32,000 bases of DNA from Staphylothermus hellenicus DSM 12710 (GTDB taxonomy: Archaea; Thermoproteota; Thermoprotei_A; Sulfolobales; Desulfurococcaceae), in NCBI RefSeq assembly GCF_000092465.1, contig NC_014205.1, positions 780,001 through 812,000 on the forward strand, in the 5' to 3' direction. Positions 7,736-16,282 of this stretch are shown here, one piece after another. Numbering within the stretch: the first letter of the stretch is position 1; each line of letters starts with the position of its first letter. Both the position numbers and the translations under genes were made by a program. The notes beneath the pieces are model-generated. The model had not been told where the DNA came from, did not search any database, and saw only the letters and a program-made list of their open reading frames with translations.

Positions 7736-10060
7736 CTATATTTTTGTTATTGTTGGGAAACCCATTATTTCTATTAGGTCTTTCAGTATTAGAGCTGCTA
7801 TTATTACTAGGAGTATTCTGAAGCTTTTCTTGTATGGGTCTTTTTCTCCGAGGACTGGGACTGATTCGTATAGTTTGTTTATGTTCATGCATAGATTACT
7901 TGTATATTCTAATAGTTTGTTTGGTTTAAGCTCCTGGTATGATTTGTATAGTGTTGAGGGGTATTCTAGCAGGTTTTCCAATATGTTCCTCTCCAATACA
8001 CTTAGATCTATTTCTTTATTCTTTACTGTACCATATAGTTTTTTGGCTTCAACAAGTAATTTATCAATATTTGTTAATGGTTCTACTCCAAGCCATTTCC
8101 TAAGAATGCCTTGTAGCCGTACAAATGTGTATAGGATCCATGAACCCATATTGTATTCTTCTAGTCTCCTAGGATCAAATGTTAGTACCTTGGATGGATC
8201 AATTGATAATAGTAGTGCTCTTGAATCAGCAACTGCTAGTTTTTCGAAAACATTTCTCAGCTCCCCTAGATCTATTGGTGTACTCGATTCTAACCCTCCA
8301 ATCCTTTTAATTTGGCTCTTAACATATGATTTAGCAATAGCTTTAACATAGTCTTCTAATAACTCGTCTAAACTATAATATTGTCCTCTACGACCGCTCA
8401 TCCTCATACCTTTCAAATTAACCATTTCATATGTGAAATGTACTAGTTTCTCGGCCTCACCCCCATATCCTAGGAGGTATAGTGTTGCTTTCACTTGTTT
8501 CTGCTCACGTATCTGCTCAACAGCTATAACATTATATACCTTGCTCGCCCCCAAATGTTTGAACTTGTATATTGAGTAAGCTATATCTCTGGTAGTATAG
8601 AGGCTTGTACCATCACTTCTCTGAACAACTAGTTTACCGGGCTGATCTTTGCCGAATAATTCCTTGATAAACAAGTGTTCTTCAGCTGCTTTATCGAGAT
8701 CTATGATTAATGCTCCCCCCTCTCTCCTAGAATAGGGTAGCTTCTCTGACTCCCTAATCACATTCCCTGCAAGCTCTCGTATAATATGGCTACTCTCCCA
8801 ATCATATGCATCGAAAACTATTCCAAGCCTTGACAATGTCTCTTTAAAGCCTTTCAGTGTATGTTCTGAAACCTCTCTGAACAATGCACCTACTTCTTCA
8901 TCTCCCCCCTCATATCTCCTCATATAATCCCTGATCTCCTCCTCTGCCTTATCTGGATCGGTTATGTATTTTTTCAACGCAACATATAGTTCTGGATATG
9001 TTTCAGCAAACCTATTCTCCGAATCACTATACTCGTTTTGCTCCATTAATAGATCCCTGTATTTCTTCTCATAGTTTTTCAGCTCGCCATGTTTTTCCTC
9101 ATAGTATTTGCTTATTTGCTTGTATCCCTTGCTTGAAAGAATCTTAACTGTTTTCTCGATTGATCTTATTGATTCAGTTATTATTTCTCCAACATAGTGT
9201 TTTATCCTGTATTTTTTCAATAGGTTATCCATTGTTATGTATAGCTCTACTAATGGGTATAAATTATTGTTTTCCATGAACTTCCTGGTTTGCTCAAGTA
9301 TTGCTTCCAGTTCCATGTATAGTTTTTCTTCGAGAAAATGTGTTTCTCTCTCAATTTCCAGTTTATGGATCAATATATTTGTTAATGCATATATTGCTCC
9401 AATCCAATGATCTATTTTCATGTTTTGCGGGGGAGCTAGTTTTTCGTTCTTAACAATCCTATACCCATATACCAGAACAGCAACCTGCCTACCCATATCG
9501 TTAACATAGAATCTCTCCTCAACATTGAAACCCATGTATCTAAGCAGGTTGGCATATGTGTTTCCTATAACAGCGTTTCTCCCGCTACCAACATGTAATG
9601 GGTGAACAGGGTTTGCACTAGTATGCTCAACAACTACTTTTTCTCCATCACCAAAACTCTTTATTTGATCAAATATTTTCATTGAGAGATAGTTTTCGAA
9701 TAAAACATTTTTCATCAAGTTATAGTCTATGTAGAAGTTGATGTATCCATTAACATATTCAGCTTTTCTAACATAGCATTTATCTAGAAGACCCCTATTC
9801 TCTAAATAACTGATTATTTTAGAAGCAATAGTCTCCCAATCATCTCTGCCAACTCTATATTTGTGAAATAAGTAGTGAAGTGCTAAACCATAATCTCCCA
9901 GCTTAGGATCAGGGGTCTTGGCGATCTTTATTCTTTTACTACTAAAATACTCCTTTATAACCTTTTCATCTTCTCCAAAAACACTAGATAAAGCTTCCAC
10001 CAGTATTTTTTCGAGACAATCACTTACCCCTATATAGCTCTGCATCATACTAAACACCAC
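7736..10060 (-). CDS. argS: arginine--tRNA ligase (unusually long, 774 aa)
   Basis: 'EHTSANPVHPLHVGSGRNAVIGN' is the class-I HIGH region of ArgRS. 'NDMGRQV' corresponds to the D-W-G-x-Q block. The C-terminal DALR-type anticodon-binding region ends '...LIEIMGFPTITKI'. Confidence 0.9.
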   Translation of the reverse strand: MVFSMMQSYIGVSDCLEKILVEALSSVFGEDEKVIKEYFSSKRIKIAKTPDPKLGDYGLALHYLFHKYRVGRDDWETIASKIISYLENRGLLDKCYVRKAEYVNGYINFYIDYNLMKNVLFENYLSMKIFDQIKSFGDGEKVVVEHTSANPVHPLHVGSGRNAVIGNTYANLLRYMGFNVEERFYVNDMGRQVAVLVYGYRIVKNEKLAPPQNMKIDHWIGAIYALTNILIHKLEIERETHFLEEKLYMELEAILEQTRKFMENNNLYPLVELYITMDNLLKKYRIKHYVGEIITESIRSIEKTVKILSSKGYKQISKYYEEKHGELKNYEKKYRDLLMEQNEYSDSENRFAETYPELYVALKKYITDPDKAEEEIRDYMRRYEGGDEEVGALFREVSEHTLKGFKETLSRLGIVFDAYDWESSHIIRELAGNVIRESEKLPYSRREGGALIIDLDKAAEEHLFIKELFGKDQPGKLVVQRSDGTSLYTTRDIAYSIYKFKHLGASKVYNVIAVEQIREQKQVKATLYLLGYGGEAEKLVHFTYEMVNLKGMRMSGRRGQYYSLDELLEDYVKAIAKSYVKSQIKRIGGLESSTPIDLGELRNVFEKLAVADSRALLLSIDPSKVLTFDPRRLEEYNMGSWILYTFVRLQGILRKWLGVEPLTNIDKLLVEAKKLYGTVKNKEIDLSVLERNILENLLEYPSTLYKSYQELKPNKLLEYTSNLCMNINKLYESVPVLGEKDPYKKSFRILLVIIAALILKDLIEIMGFPTITKI

Positions 10061-10201
10061 CTATGAAACCTAGGAAAAACCATTTATACATATTTTACTT
10101 CTAGTTCAAAATATGATTACGATATATTAATGATTAATAAGAATAGTGTCAGACCCGTGACCTTCATCACTTTTCAGTTTAGGACGCCCTCATCACTGTT
10201 C

Positions 10202-10642
10202 TCAAATCTTCTTTTTAATCTTAGAAACAACTCTTATTTTTTCAATCCATGTTTCAGGATATTGTCCATTCTCATCTTTCTCATATTTCTTAACCATATC
10301 CCATATGTTTAACAATGCAGTAGATACGCCAGTTAAAGCTTCCATTTCAACACCTGTCTTAGCAGTTGTCTTCACCTTCACAACCACCTTTATCTTATCA
10401 TTATCTATGAACTCATAGTCAACATCTACATGGGTTATAGGGATATTATGGCATAGAGGTATAAGATCAGGTGTTTTCTTAACAGCTTGTATAGCTGCAA
10501 TTCTTGAAACAGTTAAGACATCGCCCTTTTCAACCCTACCCTCCCTAATCCTCCTCACAGTATCTGGTTTAAGCTTGATAATTCCTTCAGCAATAGCTTC
10601 TCGATAAACTATCTCTTTACCCGTTATATCTATCATGGACAT
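10202..10642 (-). CDS. moaC: cyclic pyranopterin monophosphate synthase MoaC
   Basis: 146 aa. '[36 protein letters not shown]' and '[21 protein letters not shown]' are characteristic MoaC blocks. Confidence 0.9.
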   Translation of the reverse strand: MSMIDITGKEIVYREAIAEGIIKLKPDTVRRIREGRVEKGDVLTVSRIAAIQAVKKTPDLIPLCHNIPITHVDVDYEFIDNDKIKVVVKVKTTAKTGVEMEALTGVSTALLNIWDMVKKYEKDENGQYPETWIEKIRVVSKIKKKI

Positions 10643-10745
10643 AAATAATACACCAACATAGAATCTTCACTAATCTATTCCTATATATTTTGAATAACAA
10701 AAAATAATGTTTACAGGACTATTATTTCCTAGATTTTCATACATG

Positions 10746-11702
10746 TTATGAATTATTAGACCGGCTGCTTTTAGCTAGGTTTTCTGGTTTAAAATATGGT
10801 TCTCTAAGAAGCGCTGCTTTCTCTAGTAGTTTTTGAAAAGCTTCTTCGTCTCTATCTAGTATGGCTTTTCGAGCATCTAGAACAAGATCGTTTCTGAATA
10901 TGCATAGTTTTATTCTTCCATCAGGGGTCATTCTTATTCTTGTGCATTTCATGCATAGTTCTGGGTTTTGCCAGCCTTTGACTATTGTTATTTTGGAGTT
11001 GTTTGGTAGAACATATGTTGGCCTTGACTGGAACTCTTTCTTATATTTCTTCACACTTATTTTTTCCAGATAGTTAATTATGTTGTTTAAACCTGCATGT
11101 AGTTTTCCATATGTTTCCGGGCTCATGCCTAATGGGATTAACTCTATAATATTCATGTCTAACCCATGTTTTTGCGCAAATGATATGAGGTCTTTGTATT
11201 CATTGATGTTGAGGCTTAGGATAACATAGTCTATTTTAAGCTTTAATCCATATTCTAATGCTTTAAATATACCTGCCAATACTCTCTCTAGATCTCCGCC
11301 TGTAATTGTTTTGAAAACATCTGGTTTTAATGAGTGAAGGCTAACATTTATATGATCAACTTTTTCCTCGGCTAGTTTCTCAGCAAATTCTGCAAGCCTA
11401 GACCCATTAGTTGTAATTGATACTACTCCACCAACCGATCTTATTTCGTGAACAATATCAACTATATCATCTCTAATCAGGGGTTCTCCGCCCGTCAACT
11501 TATAGTATATAATATCGTTTCTAACCCCCATTCTAGCCACAAATCCCCAATCCCCTGGAGAAAGCTCTCTACTCTTTAAACCAAATATTCCTTCACGATG
11601 ACAAAATATGCATGAATGATTACATCTAAGAGTAACACTTATACGCATATGTGTTATTGGCCTACCGAATCTATCAATTAACAATGACCGCACCATCAGC
11701 AT
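10746..11702 (-). CDS. moaA: GTP 3',8-cyclase MoaA (radical SAM)
   Basis: 318 aa. 'RISVTLRCNHSCIFCH' is the CxxxCxxC radical-SAM cluster motif in MoaA context. 'KLTGGEPL' is present. C-terminal Cys residues (CMKCTRIRMTPDGRIKLC) fit the second cluster. Confidence 0.9.
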   Translation of the reverse strand: MLMVRSLLIDRFGRPITHMRISVTLRCNHSCIFCHREGIFGLKSRELSPGDWGFVARMGVRNDIIYYKLTGGEPLIRDDIVDIVHEIRSVGGVVSITTNGSRLAEFAEKLAEEKVDHINVSLHSLKPDVFKTITGGDLERVLAGIFKALEYGLKLKIDYVILSLNINEYKDLISFAQKHGLDMNIIELIPLGMSPETYGKLHAGLNNIINYLEKISVKKYKKEFQSRPTYVLPNNSKITIVKGWQNPELCMKCTRIRMTPDGRIKLCIFRNDLVLDARKAILDRDEEAFQKLLEKAALLREPYFKPENLAKSSRSNNS

Positions 11703-11713
11703 GAATTATTCAA

Positions 11714-11727
11714 TCAAATATATTTGA
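11714..11727. promoter_or_regulatory. perfect 14-bp palindrome TCAAATATATTTGA upstream of moaA
   Basis: Read directly. It lies 12-25 nt upstream of the moaA ATG (11702), downstream of a further A/T box (ATATATT). Its AT-rich composition lowers the significance. Confidence 0.25.
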
Positions 11728-11921
11728 ATCAATATATGGTTAATAAAGAATATTCGAGTCTTTTCAAACATCCTTATTTGACAAAACTAATAATTCTTGA
11801 TAAACATCTGGATAAAATAGCCATTTAATATAGTATCTAGGCGACTGCAGATACTGTAGACGACCCTGTAACAAGTATAGGGATCACTAATATATTATAA
11901 TTGTTATGTATTAACCGAATA

Positions 11922-13415
11922 TTATGGGTTGCCTAAGTTTTCTGAGTAAACCTTTCCTTGGTTATTTTTAGTGTTCCATCTCTGAGGAAGTAATGGTTTC
12001 TCTTGTTCATAGTTTTTACTTATTCTCAGGGCCTCGTATGCTCTGCATATTTCTCCTCCTAAGTAGAATGCGTGGTTCATAAGGGATACTAGTCCTAGTC
12101 TCAGTATAGTGTCCCTGATCTCTTCGCAGCTTCTCCCCTTTATTAATATCTTACCTTTCCTACCAATATAGAGAACCTCGATCACATGTTCTTTATGGTT
12201 AACTCTTATCTTAAATATACCCATAGGATCTATCTGGTATGCGGGATCTCTTGTTGCAAATACTATTTTATCTGGCTTCTCATATTCTGGGTAAACATAT
12301 GTTTTACTTTTCAAATATAATAGATCGATCCCTATATCTCTTGGATTTGTCCCTAAATATCTAGATATTGTTAATAATTTTCTAGCCTCCACTATTTCTT
12401 GAAGGCTCCAAACAAGTTTTTCTTCGAATTCATGAATAATTAATAGGCTTACTCCAGCTTCTATTAAGAGTTCTAGGAGGAATGGGTATAAGCTATGTGT
12501 GTCCGCATCAATGCTGTAACTAATATTGGTAATCCATCCTGCTTTAGCATAATCTATGATTGATTTATACTCGTTTAGTTTGTCTAGTATTTTCTGGGAG
12601 GATAATGTTGGTAGGATGGGATCAATTATTATTTTGTCTCTATAATTCTTCAGCTGGCTGAGTAGTTTATTATTTATTGTTTGGGCTTGAACATGTAGTA
12701 TCTTATTATATTTTAAATAATTGCTGATCTCATCTATTCTTATTCCATATATTATGCTTACATGTTTTAGTAACTGTGTATCTAGAAGATTTGGTGGAAC
12801 AGCTAATCTGCCTGAGTAGCCGAGTTTAACTAGTTTCTCAAATGTTTTCTCTGTGGAGGATTCTGTTAAATAGATTATGTCCGGCTTAAAGACCCGAATA
12901 TATTGTTCTAGAAACTCCTCACCCCACACATGATCATATAGTAGTCCAAGAACTATTGGAGGTGGTTTCAAAGGTACGAGATTCTTATTATTTATTCTCA
13001 GCCACTCTGTTTTCTCCATAAAGTATTTATTAGCTGTTGCATAGATTTGCTCAATGTTTTGCTCTATTATTTTGTCGCCGCTTATGCTTGGCGAGAATTT
13101 CTCTAACCCTATGAGAAACATTGTTTTTAATAATTCTATTCTGCTGGGGGACTTAACTATTTTAATACCTAGTTCTTCAGAGAGATCCTTGAGATCATAC
13201 TTTATAGTTCCAGGTAATATTATGTAATCATATTTTTTAAGATCATGTTTTAGTAGATGATGCTTTATGAATTCCTTAGGTGCTAAGGCTATAACGCTTA
13301 TTGGCAGTGCTAAAACATCTATTATAGTATTTAAACCAATGCTTTCCTTTATTTTCTCTATTTCTTTCTCAACAATCTTCCGGGCCGAGAGACTTGTAAC
13401 TATGAGTACATGCAT
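11922..13415 (-). CDS. archaeal dihydropteroate synthase-related protein (pterin-binding-like region plus DUF4346-like C-terminal domain)
   Basis: 497 aa. The N-terminal 'MHVLIVTSLSARKIV...VLALPISVIAL' and C-terminal 'IDPMGIFKIRVNHKEHVIEVLYIGRKG..ILIKGRSCEEIRDTILRLGLVSLMNHAFYLGGEICRAYEAL' resemble the MJ0301/TIGR00284-type architecture as I remember it. Not verified by search. Confidence 0.5.
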   Translation of the reverse strand: MHVLIVTSLSARKIVEKEIEKIKESIGLNTIIDVLALPISVIALAPKEFIKHHLLKHDLKKYDYIILPGTIKYDLKDLSEELGIKIVKSPSRIELLKTMFLIGLEKFSPSISGDKIIEQNIEQIYATANKYFMEKTEWLRINNKNLVPLKPPPIVLGLLYDHVWGEEFLEQYIRVFKPDIIYLTESSTEKTFEKLVKLGYSGRLAVPPNLLDTQLLKHVSIIYGIRIDEISNYLKYNKILHVQAQTINNKLLSQLKNYRDKIIIDPILPTLSSQKILDKLNEYKSIIDYAKAGWITNISYSIDADTHSLYPFLLELLIEAGVSLLIIHEFEEKLVWSLQEIVEARKLLTISRYLGTNPRDIGIDLLYLKSKTYVYPEYEKPDKIVFATRDPAYQIDPMGIFKIRVNHKEHVIEVLYIGRKGKILIKGRSCEEIRDTILRLGLVSLMNHAFYLGGEICRAYEALRISKNYEQEKPLLPQRWNTKNNQGKVYSENLGNP

Positions 13416-13463
13416 TAATAGTTGTCACCGTATAGTAAAAAATAATATAAATAACTTATTTTT

Positions 13464-15440
13464 CTATTTCTCCAGCGACGTACTTGATAATAACTTGTTT
13501 AGTTTAGCATAGAATCTCTCCCACCATTCTCTAGCCGCTTTCTCCTTGTTCAGGGAGAATTTAGTGTTCCATTCATCGTTGCCGTATTCTTTGGCTGCAT
13601 TAGCTAGATAGTCTATTATTTTCTTGGATTCCCAAAATGTTGGTTTAGCGCCTGCTAGGTCTTGGTATTCCATTATTTTCCTGTATAATTGCTTGTATCT
13701 TTCATCTAGGTTCTTTATTCCATAGTATTTCTCGTATAGTTTGTCAAGTGTTTTCTCAGCCCATTTACGATGGAATCTGCAGAATCCGCCGTTATCGCTC
13801 CACATTTCCTTTATTGCTCTCTCAAAGCTTTTCTCAGCGTATTGTTCAGGGTCTAGGAATACTCCTTTATAGAGTGTCCAGTATCTTCCCAATACTGGTA
13901 GTGGTGCAACCATTCCAGGTGTCCAGTAATAGTTAGGTGTTATGTGTCCTTCTTCGCCGAAGGATGCATATACTAGTAGGTCTGAGAACCTCCATTTCCT
14001 CTCTCTAACTCTGTTCTCATACAGTATATCCAGTATTTTAGCAGCTGATCTTAATCCTTTTTCACCTATCAGCTTCAATAATGGGTTCTTACCCCATGCT
14101 AAGTTCTCTATTAGTTGAACTGCTAGTTCAGCATTGTGTTTACTGTATTCATATTTGAAATCGTATGGATTGAAGAATGGTTTACTCGGCAACCCTACTT
14201 CTCCAGGCGTTAATAATCCCTTCTCAAGAGCATCATATATGAATCCAACTAGTTGTCCTGTCTCTATAGTGTCGAAACCATATGCATCTACCAGTTCTAC
14301 TATCTTCTGTGACTCGTGTATATCAAATACTCCAATGAATGGCCCGAATCCTTCGTAGGGTTCATAGTCTGATTTATACCTGTCTAGTCTAACTTTCTTA
14401 CACGCTATTGGGCATGGCTCTCCACATGTTTTCCATGATTTAGTCTCTATTGCTTCCTTATTGAATGGTTCCCATATGTGTTTCATTATTAGTTCATGTA
14501 GTTTTTCTCTGAGATCAGGCGGTAAATAGATCATGTTCCAGTTAAACATTGGCGTATGTATTTTTAAGCTGGGATAGTTTCCTCCAAGCGTGCCTCCAGT
14601 GTTGAGCTTCGGGTTGTATCTATACTTGGTTCCAGCCTCGATAACCATTGTTATATATGGTTTTCCAGCTATTTCTCTGAACAACTCATTTATTTTACGT
14701 GTATCTAAGAGATCTTTTGGTCTCTTGGTTCTTCTATCGAATTTTCCACCATACACTATAGCTGCTACACCATGTGCTCTGTAGAGAACACTTCCAGGAC
14801 CGCCTCGTGCAGCTAGGTCTTCGCTTCCCCAATCAATTCTTCCTTTTACTAGAGTAATTGATGCTAGTGCTCCTAGGCTAGTATGCTTGGATGCTGGTCC
14901 GACAAGTATTGATCTCCCATTATATTCCTCGTAGAACTTCTTATATTTCTCGCTTAGATATTCTTGGAAAGCATATATGCCTTTTTCTCCCTTATAGTTT
15001 CTCCAAATATTTTCTAGTTCTTTCTCGTCTATCTCGTCAAAATCTGCTTTGACTTCTCCATCTCCTTCATCATATACTTTAATGATTAAGGGCTTATTGG
15101 ATCTGCCCTCGACAACTATTGCGTCAGCATTCACGTTAAATTGATAAGCAGCACCACCCATTGCAGCAACATGTAATCCTCTCGTGATAGGGCTCTTGAA
15201 TACAGCTACAAACCTGTGGCCACCGTAAAGGTTTGTCCCAGTAAAGATACCCGCACCAATTACAACAGCATTATCAGGACTATATGCGGGTTTTTTCCAA
15301 GACTTATATTTTTCGAGGTGAAGCTTTACTCCAAGCTCAATAGGCCCGATTACTTCTTCTAGACCGTGTTCTTCTACCCAGTATTTCCTATTGCTAACAT
15401 CTATAAATAATACCCTATACGTTGTTGAAGAACCACTCAA
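13464..15440 (-). CDS. gor: tungsten-containing aldehyde:ferredoxin oxidoreductase family enzyme, GAPOR-type (glyceraldehyde-3-phosphate:ferredoxin oxidoreductase-like)
   Basis: 658 aa, which is GAPOR-sized. The AOR N-terminal pattern is 'GAGIFTGTNLYGGHRFVAVFKSPITRG...AMGGAAYQF'. 'ARGGPGSVL', 'YRYNPKLNTGGTLGGNYP' and the Cys cluster 'TCGEPCPIACKK' resemble my recollection of P. furiosus GAPOR. The start is TTG, preceded by an AGGTG SD-like motif. Confidence 0.7.
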   Translation of the reverse strand: MSGSSTTYRVLFIDVSNRKYWVEEHGLEEVIGPIELGVKLHLEKYKSWKKPAYSPDNAVVIGAGIFTGTNLYGGHRFVAVFKSPITRGLHVAAMGGAAYQFNVNADAIVVEGRSNKPLIIKVYDEGDGEVKADFDEIDEKELENIWRNYKGEKGIYAFQEYLSEKYKKFYEEYNGRSILVGPASKHTSLGALASITLVKGRIDWGSEDLAARGGPGSVLYRAHGVAAIVYGGKFDRRTKRPKDLLDTRKINELFREIAGKPYITMVIEAGTKYRYNPKLNTGGTLGGNYPSLKIHTPMFNWNMIYLPPDLREKLHELIMKHIWEPFNKEAIETKSWKTCGEPCPIACKKVRLDRYKSDYEPYEGFGPFIGVFDIHESQKIVELVDAYGFDTIETGQLVGFIYDALEKGLLTPGEVGLPSKPFFNPYDFKYEYSKHNAELAVQLIENLAWGKNPLLKLIGEKGLRSAAKILDILYENRVRERKWRFSDLLVYASFGEEGHITPNYYWTPGMVAPLPVLGRYWTLYKGVFLDPEQYAEKSFERAIKEMWSDNGGFCRFHRKWAEKTLDKLYEKYYGIKNLDERYKQLYRKIMEYQDLAGAKPTFWESKKIIDYLANAAKEYGNDEWNTKFSLNKEKAAREWWERFYAKLNKLLSSTSLEK

Positions 15441-15469
15441 CCCCCCACACCTACATCAATGCTTATTTT

Positions 15470-15491
15470 ATTCTATTATTCTTAATAGAAT
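15470..15491. promoter_or_regulatory. 9-4-9 inverted repeat ATTCTATTA-ttct-TAATAGAAT in the GAPOR upstream region
   Basis: Read directly. It lies 30-51 nt upstream of the GAPOR start (15440), between an A/T-rich TATA-like stretch and the SD-like AGGTG. Confidence 0.3.
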
Positions 15492-15578
15492 ATTTATTTT
15501 TAACATCTATTTAAAATATATCATTGATTAAACATTAGTCTATAGAGAAATATTAAAATAATTATTTAATTTTTACAT

Positions 15579-16235
15579 TTATTTTTTAGGCAATCTATAG
15601 TCGATCTGCCAATTAATAGTTACCTCGTCTGATCCAGTATAGATCCATCCATACATGTAGAGCCTATATTTACCGGGGCCTCCAATAGTTGAGATATCCA
15701 TATTTATAATTGTAGTATTCGTAGATCTCATTAATGGCCAGCTGATCTTTGAACCTGTTCTTGTATTCTCAAATACTATTTTGTAGGAATAGTCTAATAC
15801 TCCAGTTGAGGATATATTTATTATTAAAATTATATTTGTCTCGTTTTCGCTGAGATCAATTGTTTTGAAATAATAACCTGGATACTCCATAGCATTAAAT
15901 AAGCCATAGAAGTCTTTACCTGTATATAATGATAATCCTTGACTTGTAAATACGTAGTATTGGTTTTTAAATAAGTTATCAAAATATAATCTTCCACTAA
16001 ATACTTTTATCCTTGTAGAATTAGCTATTACTTCTCTAACCTCCTCAATATATGGATTGGCAAGTGTAGTGGTTGTTGTGGTGATTGCATATACTGATCC
16101 AGGGCTTTCTCTTCGATTTATTGTCTGATTATAAAAATATATACCGGTCAAAGAAGCTAGGATAACTGCTATAACAACTATTATAATTATTGTTTTATAC
16201 TTCATTAATGATTCACCAAAACTATACATAGACAT
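15579..16235 (-). CDS. hypothetical membrane-anchored extracellular protein
   Basis: 218 aa with an N-terminal TM segment (TIIIIVVIAVILASLTGIYF), a poly-Thr linker (AITTTTTTLA) and several N-x-S/T sequons. It begins 47 nt downstream of feoB on the same strand. Confidence 0.6.
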   Translation of the reverse strand: MSMYSFGESLMKYKTIIIIVVIAVILASLTGIYFYNQTINRRESPGSVYAITTTTTTLANPYIEEVREVIANSTRIKVFSGRLYFDNLFKNQYYVFTSQGLSLYTGKDFYGLFNAMEYPGYYFKTIDLSENETNIILIINISSTGVLDYSYKIVFENTRTGSKISWPLMRSTNTTIINMDISTIGGPGKYRLYMYGWIYTGSDEVTINWQIDYRLPKK

Positions 16236-16282
16236 ACCACTATTGTTGTGGAGAGCCAGTATTTTTATTGTTTAAGCATTGT

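Noticed and set aside
7662-8351. 229-aa plus-strand ORF and 79-aa minus-strand ORF (7653-7892) overlapping the 3' part of argS
   Set aside because: The 229-aa ORF lies antisense within the ArgRS gene, whose translation has strong family motifs. The 79-aa ORF is an alternative frame overlapping the same gene's 3' end. Both translations are Ser/Asn/Leu/Ile-rich with no motifs, typical of shadow frames in AT-rich DNA.
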